Source of the DNA: Candidatus Aenigmatarchaeota archaeon
GTDB lineage: Archaea; Aenigmatarchaeota; Aenigmatarchaeia; CG10238-14; SpSt-28
Assembly: GCA_038997165.1 (NCBI GenBank)
Contig: JAWBAK010000001.1
Coordinates: 61,926 to 125,925 of the forward strand
DNA length: 64,000 bases
Reading direction: 5' to 3'
Of this stretch, positions 53,955 to 61,722 are shown in pieces. A program made the translations under genes and the position numbers. Each line of letters opens with the position of its first letter. The stretch's first letter is position 1. The notes under the pieces are model-generated. The model ran no database searches and had not been told where the DNA came from. It saw only the letters and a list, made by a program, of their open reading frames with translations.

Positions 53955-56023
53955 TGAGAAAGTTATATAATTCGCTTTTTTTCTTTTTTATCGTAGTTAT
54001 TATAGCAAATATTATACACTCTCCATTATCTGAATTCTTTCCTATGAATTGTATTGATAGTGATGGAGATTGTAATGCAGAAAGAATAAAGTATTTAGAT
54101 AATGAATATGAAACGATTGATTTATTGTATTATCCTTTTGGATATTTAATTGCTAGGGATTTTGAAATAGAAATACCAGACGAAAACGAAATAGATTATG
54201 TAAATATTAGTGTTTTCTGGTATACTGATGTAGGTGAAGGTGCTGGAAATATCTATATAGAATATTCTTTTGATGGAACAAATTGGTATTATTGTTCTGG
54301 ACCATATAGTGAAAGTTCTGAAATAGTTCATTCTTATTGTAGCTTAAGCTCAATATCTAAGGAACAATTGCAAAATCTAATGGTTAGGTTTAGAGGAGAG
54401 GATTTAGATGGATTTCCAATGGCATTTGCTTATATAGATCAAATAAGCCTATATGTACATCATTCTTCTGCTCCAAAATTAAGAAATCAAACTACAAATA
54501 CTACAAATGATTTTATTTACTTTGATCAAGCAATTGAGCTATCTATAGAAGTATTTAGCGATAATGGAATTTCTTGTGTATGGTTATCTACGAACGAGAG
54601 CGGTAATTGGATTAATTATACCGACGGAACATATAATTCTCCAATATGTTTAGATGGTATTTCAAATACTTGGGTAAAGGTTAACTTTACTTGGAAAAAT
54701 TCCTCTGCGATAGGATATGTTGGATGGAAAATTTATGTAAATGACACACTTGGAAAAATAAACGTAAGTGATGAAAAAACTTTTTTTGTTCAATATAGAG
54801 TTTTTCCTATGAATTGTATTGATAGTGATGGAGATTGTAATGTAGAAAGAATAAAGTATTTAGATAATGAATATGAAATGATTGATTTATTGTATTATCC
54901 TTTTGGATATTTAATTGCTAGGGATTTTGAAATAAATTTAAAGGGAAACATTCTTATAAGAGATGCTAGTATTCATGTTTTCTGGTATACTGATGTAGGT
55001 GAAGGTGCTGGAAATATTTATATAGAATATTCTTTTGATGGAACAAATTGGTATTATTGTTCTGGACCATATAGTGAAAGTTCTGAAATAGTTCATTCTT
55101 ATTGTAGCTTAAGCTCAATATCTAAGGAACAATTGCAAAATCTAATGGTTAGGTTTAGAGGAGAGGATTTAGATGGATTTCCGATGGCATTTGCTTATAT
55201 AGATCAAATTTTTGTATCATTTAATTTTTCATACGTTTATTCTTATCTAGAAGTTATTTTAACTTCTCCAAAAACAAACGTAATAAATAATATATTCCAA
55301 AACTCTACATTTTTTGTTAATGTTTCGATTTTTTGTAGAAATGGAAATTGTACTGATGTAAAAGCTGTTATAAGATATAATGAATCGTCTCCATATCCAA
55401 ATACTCCAATTAATGAAACGTATGGAGCAAAGCCGTTTTTCATAGATGAAGAAAATCCTAATTCAATTAAATATTGTGGCAATATGAGTATGGATGAAAA
55501 ATGCGATTTATATTGGATAATAAATGCTAGCGGAAACGTAAAAAGCATTTGGAAAATAGGTGTTTTAGTTTTTTCTTCCGATGGAATTTATAATCATACT
55601 GAAAACGCGACAATAAAAATTATAGGTTGCGTAATAGATGTTACTCTAACTTTTGATAAAATAAGTTTTGGTGATGTTTTACCTAACGTTATTGGAAATC
55701 CTGCCGAAGGGAATAATAATGAAGAGTATAAAATAATAGTAAATCCAGGAAGTTGCTCAATAGATGCATATATTAAAGGTTATGATTTGTACAATGATAC
55801 ATACAATTCTAAAATTCCTGTACAAAATATAAAAGTTAGTAATCAAAGCAATGATTACAGCAGTTCATTTAGTTTGGATTATGAGTTTAAATTATTAATA
55901 AAAAGTTTAGCTCAAAATTCGATTAAGCCAATATTTTTTTGGTTAGATGTACCACCAGTTTTTGCTGGAATTTACTATGGAACCATTACAATAAAAATAG
56001 TTGAAGAAGATGAATTGCCTTAA
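53954..56023 (+). CDS. 689-aa secreted protein: two tandem copies of the same new domain plus a C-terminal Cys-containing beta-rich region
   Basis: Start overlaps the previous stop (taATGa). Domain copies at aa ~30-165 and ~285-420 share (Y/F)YPFGYLIARDFEI...WYTDVGEGAGNIYIEYSFDGTNWYYCSGPY...MVRFRGEDLDGFPMAFAYIDQI. Confidence 0.8.
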   Translation: MRKLYNSLFFFFIVVIIANIIHSPLSEFFPMNCIDSDGDCNAERIKYLDNEYETIDLLYYPFGYLIARDFEIEIPDENEIDYVNISVFWYTDVGEGAGNIYIEYSFDGTNWYYCSGPYSESSEIVHSYCSLSSISKEQLQNLMVRFRGEDLDGFPMAFAYIDQISLYVHHSSAPKLRNQTTNTTNDFIYFDQAIELSIEVFSDNGISCVWLSTNESGNWINYTDGTYNSPICLDGISNTWVKVNFTWKNSSAIGYVGWKIYVNDTLGKINVSDEKTFFVQYRVFPMNCIDSDGDCNVERIKYLDNEYEMIDLLYYPFGYLIARDFEINLKGNILIRDASIHVFWYTDVGEGAGNIYIEYSFDGTNWYYCSGPYSESSEIVHSYCSLSSISKEQLQNLMVRFRGEDLDGFPMAFAYIDQIFVSFNFSYVYSYLEVILTSPKTNVINNIFQNSTFFVNVSIFCRNGNCTDVKAVIRYNESSPYPNTPINETYGAKPFFIDEENPNSIKYCGNMSMDEKCDLYWIINASGNVKSIWKIGVLVFSSDGIYNHTENATIKIIGCVIDVTLTFDKISFGDVLPNVIGNPAEGNNNEEYKIIVNPGSCSIDAYIKGYDLYNDTYNSKIPVQNIKVSNQSNDYSSSFSLDYEFKLLIKSLAQNSIKPIFFWLDVPPVFAGIYYGTITIKIVEEDELP
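54038..54444 (+). repeat. About 407-nt repeat, copy 1 (partner 54803-55209): two near-identical blocks around a ~45-nt divergent core
   Basis: The two copies align nucleotide-for-nucleotide with about 4 mismatches, except for a replaced ~45-nt segment (about 54168-54213 versus 54933-54978). Confidence 0.9.
54803..55209 (+). repeat. About 407-nt repeat, copy 2
   Basis: See copy 1. The offset is 765 nt. Confidence 0.9.
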
Positions 56024-56624
56024 TAAAAAATTGTTTTTTATAATATTTTCTATAATACTGGAGTTTAATATTATATTTTCTCAAATTAATTTCGGAAGTT
56101 ATCAATATGAAAAAATATTAGAAGTTAAAAACGAAACTCTATTAACTTCAAAAATTTTGATTTGGAATTCTGGTAAAAATGATATTGAAGTTGTTTTTGA
56201 AATAATTGAAAAACCGAAAAATGTTGAAGTGTATTTAGATAAAAAAGAGATTATATTAAGCTCTGAGCTAAAAAACGATTACGAAATTTTAATAATAAAT
56301 AATAGAGAGATAAAAGTGCTTCCAGTAAATGTATATTTTTACATTTTAAGTAAAGATGCTAGTGGATATGTTAAAATAAGAGCTTACGCAAAAAGTTTAG
56401 AAAATGCAGAAATACCTATAAGACAAGAAAGAGAATTCCTATTTATAATAAATAAGGTTGAAGATAGTAAAAAAGAAAAAGTAGAAACCAAACTTACTGA
56501 AAAAATAATAGAAAGTGTATCGAATTCTATAAGGGAAAATCCTACAAATATTTTGCCAGTAATAATAATAGTAATTTCTGTTTTAGCTTCGTTAATAATA
56601 CTTAAAAGAAAAAATTCTGAATGA
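56001..56624 (+). CDS. 207-aa secreted protein with C-terminal TM anchor
   Basis: Signal LFFIIFSIILEFNIIFSQ. C-terminus ILPVIIIVISVLASLIILKRKNSE. The start overlaps the upstream gene; an alternative ATG at 56010 is possible. Confidence 0.65.
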   Translation: MKKMNCLNKKLFFIIFSIILEFNIIFSQINFGSYQYEKILEVKNETLLTSKILIWNSGKNDIEVVFEIIEKPKNVEVYLDKKEIILSSELKNDYEILIINNREIKVLPVNVYFYILSKDASGYVKIRAYAKSLENAEIPIRQEREFLFIINKVEDSKKEKVETKLTEKIIESVSNSIRENPTNILPVIIIVISVLASLIILKRKNSE

Positions 56625-56645
56625 TTTACTTAAGTAAATAAATTT

Positions 56646-59315
56646 ATGATAGAAATAATTAAAGCAAAAGATATAAAGAATGATAAAGAAATTCTAAATT
56701 TACTTACTCCTTATTTTAAAAAATGGTTCGAAAAAAAGTTTAAAGGAAAATTAACGTTGCCACAAAAATATTCAATACCATTAATAAAAGAAGGAAAAAA
56801 TGTTCTAATTACTTCTCCAACAGGAAGTGGAAAAACATTAGCATGTTTTGCATCTATATTAGATTATTTATTTAGATTGGCCGAAAAAAATGAATTAGAA
56901 GATAAAGTTTATTGTATTTATGTTTCTCCTTTAAGAGCTTTAGATAATGATATAAAAAAAAATTTAGAAATTCCTTTAAAAGAAGTAAGAGAAATTGCGG
57001 AAAAAGAATTTGGAATAAATTTACAAGAAATAAGAATTTCGATTAGAACTGGAGATACAAAAGCTAGCGAAAAACAAAAGCAATTAAAATATCCGCCACA
57101 TATTCTAATAACTACTCCAGAAACACTAGCAATAATTTTAAACTCTTTAAAATTTAAAGAAAAGCTTAAAGATGTAAAATTTGTAATAGTTGATGAAATT
57201 CACGAATTAGCAAATAATAAGAGAGGTGTTCATTTATCAATAAGCTTAGAAAGATTAGAAAATTTTGTAGGAAAGAAAATTCAGAGAATTGGAATTGGAG
57301 CTACGTTAGAGCCATTAGAAGAGGCAGCGAAATTCTTAGTTGGAAATAATAGAGAATGTATTGTAATAGATGCAAGATTCGTTAAAAATAGCGACATTAA
57401 AGTTTTAATTCCTTCTAAAAATTTAATTTTCGAAAATGCGGAAGAAATAAATAAAAAAATGTATAAATTAATAGATGAATTAGTTGAAAAGCATAGAACT
57501 ACTTTAATATTTACAAATACAAGAAGTGGAGCAGAAAGAGTTCACTTTCATTTAAAACAATTATTTCCATCTAAATATTTAGATGAAATTACTGGAGTAC
57601 ATCATTCTAGTATAAGCAGAGATATAAGATTTGAAGTTGAAGAAAAATTAAAAAATGGAAAATTAAAAGTAGTGGTTTCTAGTACTAGCTTAGAATTGGG
57701 AATTGATATTGGATATATCGATTTAGTAATTCAAATAGGAAGTGCTAAAAGTGTTTCAAGATTAATGCAAAGAATAGGAAGAGCTGGTCATAGCTTGCAT
57801 GCAATTTCAAAAGGAAGAGTTATATGTTTAGATAGAGATGATTTAGTCGAAAATGTTGTAATGGTTGCAATGAGTAAAAAATATTGGTTAGATAAGTTTC
57901 ATATGCCAAAAAATTGTTTAGATGTTTTAGCTCAGCATTTAGTTGGAATGGCTTGCGAAAAAAAGTGGAATATAAACGAAGCATATGAATTAATAAAGAA
58001 AGCATATCCTTTTAAAGATTTAAGTTTTGAAGACTTTATAAATACTTTGAAATATTTAGCTGGTTATTATCATACTTTAGAAGATTATAAAGTTTATGGA
58101 AAAATTTGGCTAGATTTAAATGAAAATAAATTTGGAAGAAAAAAAGCTGCAAGAGTTATATATACATTAAATATAGGAACTATTCCAGAGGAAGTAAAAA
58201 TAAAAGTTAAAACTTTAGATGGAAAATTTTGTGGATATATTGAAGAAGGATTTTTAGAAAGATTAAATGTTGGAGATATATTTGTTTTAGGTGGAAAAAC
58301 TTACGAATTTATTAAAGCTATTAGAGATGTTGCATATGTAAAAGAAGTAAAAGAAAAGAAACCAACAATTCCTAGTTGGTTTAGCGAACAATTACCACTA
58401 AATTTTGATTTAGCAATAGAAATTGGAAAGTTCAGAGAAAAAATGTTTAAAATGTTAGATAAAAAAATTAGTAAGAAAAAAATAATTGAATTCTTAAAAA
58501 AAGAATATTTTTGTGAAGAAGATGTTGCAAATGAAATTTATGATTATTTTGAGTTAGAATATAAATTTCTTAAAAAACATGGAGTAAAAAACTTTCCTTC
58601 ACACAAAGTTATTCTTGTAGAAAGTTTTTTTGATGAAAAAGGTCAAAATATAGTATTTCATACATTGTATGGAAGAAGAGTAAACGATGCACTAAGTAGA
58701 GCATATGCGTATGCACTCTCAAAATATTTAAATAAAAGTATTAAAGTATCTATAAGCGATAATGGATTTATATTAACTATACCTTTTGAAAAATTAGAAA
58801 ATAAATGGTATAAATTATTTGAAATTAAAAAAATTAGAAATGAAAAAGTTAGTTTTGAAGAAATTATTAATTTGGTAAATTCTAAAAATTTAGAAAAATT
58901 AGTAAAAGATTCTTTAAAAAATACTGAATTAATAAAAAGAAAATTTAGGCATGTAGCTTCTAGAAGTTTTATGATTTTAAGAAATTATAAAGGATATGAA
59001 ATTAGCTTAGAAAAACAACAAATGAGTGCAGAAAGATTAATTAAGATTGTACACGAATTAGGTAATGAATTTCCAGTATTAAAAGAAACTTATAGAGAAA
59101 TATTAGAGGATTATATGGATTTACCAAAAGCAAAAGAAATTTTAGAAAAAATAGAAAGTGGAGAAATAGAATTTGAATTTATAGAAAGCGAAGTTCCATC
59201 ACCTTTTGCTCATAATTTAATTGCAATAAGTGAAAGCGATGTAGTTTTGATGGAAGATAGAAGAAAATTAATATTAAAATTATATAAAAAAGTTTTAGAG
59301 AGAATTGGAAGTTAA
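56646..59315 (+). CDS. lhr: Lhr-type (Lhr-core) superfamily-2 DEAH-box helicase, 889 aa
   Basis: Motif I TSPTGSGKTLACF. Motif II VIVDEIHEL (DEIH). FTNTRSGAERV. Motif VI QRIGRAGHS. About 400-aa C-terminal extension with winged-helix-like segments, as in Lhr-core proteins. Non-biased composition compared with its neighbours. Confidence 0.85.
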   Translation: MIEIIKAKDIKNDKEILNLLTPYFKKWFEKKFKGKLTLPQKYSIPLIKEGKNVLITSPTGSGKTLACFASILDYLFRLAEKNELEDKVYCIYVSPLRALDNDIKKNLEIPLKEVREIAEKEFGINLQEIRISIRTGDTKASEKQKQLKYPPHILITTPETLAIILNSLKFKEKLKDVKFVIVDEIHELANNKRGVHLSISLERLENFVGKKIQRIGIGATLEPLEEAAKFLVGNNRECIVIDARFVKNSDIKVLIPSKNLIFENAEEINKKMYKLIDELVEKHRTTLIFTNTRSGAERVHFHLKQLFPSKYLDEITGVHHSSISRDIRFEVEEKLKNGKLKVVVSSTSLELGIDIGYIDLVIQIGSAKSVSRLMQRIGRAGHSLHAISKGRVICLDRDDLVENVVMVAMSKKYWLDKFHMPKNCLDVLAQHLVGMACEKKWNINEAYELIKKAYPFKDLSFEDFINTLKYLAGYYHTLEDYKVYGKIWLDLNENKFGRKKAARVIYTLNIGTIPEEVKIKVKTLDGKFCGYIEEGFLERLNVGDIFVLGGKTYEFIKAIRDVAYVKEVKEKKPTIPSWFSEQLPLNFDLAIEIGKFREKMFKMLDKKISKKKIIEFLKKEYFCEEDVANEIYDYFELEYKFLKKHGVKNFPSHKVILVESFFDEKGQNIVFHTLYGRRVNDALSRAYAYALSKYLNKSIKVSISDNGFILTIPFEKLENKWYKLFEIKKIRNEKVSFEEIINLVNSKNLEKLVKDSLKNTELIKRKFRHVASRSFMILRNYKGYEISLEKQQMSAERLIKIVHELGNEFPVLKETYREILEDYMDLPKAKEILEKIESGEIEFEFIESEVPSPFAHNLIAISESDVVLMEDRRKLILKLYKKVLERIGS

Positions 59316-59344
59316 AAATAAATAAATTTTTTTGAATTTAGTTT

Positions 59345-60502
59345 ATGAAAGGAAAAAAATTGAGTATAATAGTAACTATTCTACTAATTTTTTTAGTATT
59401 TTCAGTAGTTTTAATAACTAATGCTGAAGAGAGAGAAAGAATAAGAAAAATAATAGAAATAAAGGAAATTAAAGAAATTGCTAAAGAAATAAGAAAGGAA
59501 TGTAAAATAGATGCTGATTGTATTGATATATTTTGTCCACAAGCAATAGGAATAGATACACCAAGATGTATAGAAAATAGATGTATTTGTGGTCCAAATC
59601 CAGCTTTGAACTTAACAAAAATAAATGAAACAACAATAAGTTTATGCATTAAATTAAGATTAGAACTAAGAGAAAAAATAAAGGAAATAATTGAAAAAAT
59701 AAAATCTAATAATCTTACTAAAGAGGAAATTGAAAATTTAAATGAAGAAGTAAATAAAATAAGAGAAAGATATAAAGAATGCTTACCTCAACCAATGCCA
59801 ATAAAAGAAGAAGTAATTGGAGCTAAAGTTAGACAAATTGTTCAAAAATATTCTCAAGAAAAAAGAAATTTAACAGAAAGTTTTGTTGAGTCAATTAAAA
59901 ATTTAAATGAAATAAAAATTGATTTAATTTTAAGTGGAAATCTTAGTGGAAAAGAATTAGCAGAAAAAATTAAAGAAATCAATGAAGAAAGAAAAAAAAT
60001 AGTAAAAGATTATGTTGAAAAATTACACGAATTAAATTTAGCTAGAAAAGAAGAATTAAAAGAAGTTATTAAACAAGTTAAAGTTGAAAAAAATGTTAAA
60101 GTTGAAAACGAAATAATAAATGTTAGTAGAGTTATTGTTAAAGTAAACAATAAAGAAATTGAAATTAGACCTGGAGATAACGTTACTATAATTGTAGAAG
60201 GAGTAATAGTAAAATCTAAAGTTCCAATAAGATATGAAAATGAAAGCATTAAAGATGATGAAACAAACAAAACAATAAATGTTACTCCAGAAAAAATTAG
60301 AGAAAAAGTAAGAGAGAGAATAAGAGAAATGCTATTAGAAAGAAAAGGAAATTTAATAATATATAATGTTAATGCAGAAAAAAGTGGAAGAATTTTAGGA
60401 ATATTTCCAGTAAATTTCGAAGTTAGATATGAAATATCAGCAGAAGATGGAAGAGAGATTTCTATAAAAAAGCCTTGGTGGAGCTTTCTAGTAATTGGAT
60501 AA
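59345..60502 (+). CDS. 385-aa membrane-anchored protein: N-terminal TM, small Cys-rich knot, long coiled coil, C-terminal beta-rich domain
   Basis: LSIIVTILLIFLVFSVVLI. The Cys module CKIDADCIDIFCPQAIGIDTPRCIENRCICGP has 7 Cys in 31 aa. K/E-rich heptads at aa ~90-260. Confidence 0.7.
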   Translation: MKGKKLSIIVTILLIFLVFSVVLITNAEERERIRKIIEIKEIKEIAKEIRKECKIDADCIDIFCPQAIGIDTPRCIENRCICGPNPALNLTKINETTISLCIKLRLELREKIKEIIEKIKSNNLTKEEIENLNEEVNKIRERYKECLPQPMPIKEEVIGAKVRQIVQKYSQEKRNLTESFVESIKNLNEIKIDLILSGNLSGKELAEKIKEINEERKKIVKDYVEKLHELNLARKEELKEVIKQVKVEKNVKVENEIINVSRVIVKVNNKEIEIRPGDNVTIIVEGVIVKSKVPIRYENESIKDDETNKTINVTPEKIREKVRERIREMLLERKGNLIIYNVNAEKSGRILGIFPVNFEVRYEISAEDGREISIKKPWWSFLVIG

Positions 60503-60527
60503 ATTTCTTTCAATTTTTTATTTTTTT
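60503..60527 (+). terminator. Oligo-T tracts (T6 and T7) after the stop of the 385-aa gene, archaeal-type intrinsic terminator candidate
   Basis: The sequence aaatttctttcaattttttatttttttATG has two T runs within 25 nt. In this AT-rich genome such runs also occur by chance. Confidence 0.2.
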
Positions 60528-60584
60528 ATGAAAAGTTCATTGCAAAAAATTTTTTTTATCAATTCTACTTTTTGGACTAATTAG
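60528..60584 (+). other. Short frame-0 ORF MKSSLQKIFFINSTFWTN that looks like the true N-terminus of the downstream MFS transporter, cut off by a frameshift in the A6T8 tract at 60544-60557
   Basis: Removing one T from the T8 run (60550-60557) joins MKSSLQKIFF to LSILLFGLISLFGDLIYESARSINGQYLLLLGATASIIGFFIGLGEFLSNF..., which is a proper TM1-TM2 MFS start. The main frame has no ATG, GTG or TTG between the stop at 60529 and the TTG at 60685. Confidence 0.45.
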
Positions 60585-60684
60585 CTTATTTGGAGATTTA
60601 ATATATGAAAGTGCAAGAAGTATTAATGGCCAATATCTTTTACTCTTAGGTGCAACAGCCTCTATAATAGGTTTTTTTATTGGT

Positions 60685-61722
60685 TTGGGAGAATTTTTAA
60701 GCAACTTTCTTAGATTTGTTTTTGGGTTTTTAGCAGATAGAATTAAAAATTATTGGCTCTTTATTTTTATAGGTTATTTTTTCTTAATTTTTGTTCCACT
60801 AATGTTTTTTGCTAATAGTTGGCAAATAGCAATTTTATTTATAATATTTGAAAGAATAGGAAAAGCTATTAGAAATCCTGCAAGAGATACTATTGTATCT
60901 ATAATTTCGGAAAGAACAAAAAGTATTGGCTTTAATTTCGGAATTATTGAATTTCTCGATCAAATAGGAGCATTAATAGGTCCTATAATTATTGCTATAT
61001 TTTTTCTTTTATATGTAGAAAATGTTATTGATAAATATAAAATAGTATATTTATTTTTGTTTATTCCATTTTTAGTTTTAATTTTTTTACTTTTAGTTAC
61101 ATATTCAAAAACAAAAAATTTAAAAATTAATATTAAAAAATTGAAAGACAAAAATATTCCAAAAATTTTTTGGTATTATAATTTATTTATATTTTTAACT
61201 TCATTGGGATTTATACATTTTGCAATTTTAGGATATCATTTTAAATCAAAAAATATAGCTGAAGATCATCTTATTGTTTTTCTTTATTCTATAGCAATGA
61301 TATTTGATGCAATAATTTCTCCAATTATTGGAAAAATTTATGATAAAATGAAGGAAAAGAAAAAATCTTTTTTTGACTTATTTTTTATTATTCCAATACT
61401 TAGCATTTCTATACCTTTTTTAGTTTTTATTAATAAAATTGAAACAATAGTTCTTAGCATGATATTTTATGGTTTTGTTTTAGGAATGCAAGAAACTATA
61501 ATGAGAGCTGCAATTGCAGATATTACTTCGATTTCAAAAAGAGGCTCTGCATATGGAATTTTTTCATTTGTTCTTGGTATTTCAGCATTTTTTGGTTCGA
61601 CAATAATAGGAATTCTTTATGAAATATCTCTTTTATATCTGTTTATTTTTATTATAACTTCTCAAGTTTTAGCCTTAATGATGCTAATAGCAATTAGAAA
61701 TAGGTTTAAGAATTATTTTTAA
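60685..61722 (+). CDS. MFS-type transporter (intact C-terminal part; annotated start is TTG, N-terminus probably frameshifted)
   Basis: MFS motif A GFLADRIKNYW lies after TM2. About 10 further hydrophobic helices follow. As annotated, the protein would begin inside TM2. Confidence 0.7.
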   Translation: MGEFLSNFLRFVFGFLADRIKNYWLFIFIGYFFLIFVPLMFFANSWQIAILFIIFERIGKAIRNPARDTIVSIISERTKSIGFNFGIIEFLDQIGALIGPIIIAIFFLLYVENVIDKYKIVYLFLFIPFLVLIFLLLVTYSKTKNLKINIKKLKDKNIPKIFWYYNLFIFLTSLGFIHFAILGYHFKSKNIAEDHLIVFLYSIAMIFDAIISPIIGKIYDKMKEKKKSFFDLFFIIPILSISIPFLVFINKIETIVLSMIFYGFVLGMQETIMRAAIADITSISKRGSAYGIFSFVLGISAFFGSTIIGILYEISLLYLFIFIITSQVLALMMLIAIRNRFKNYF

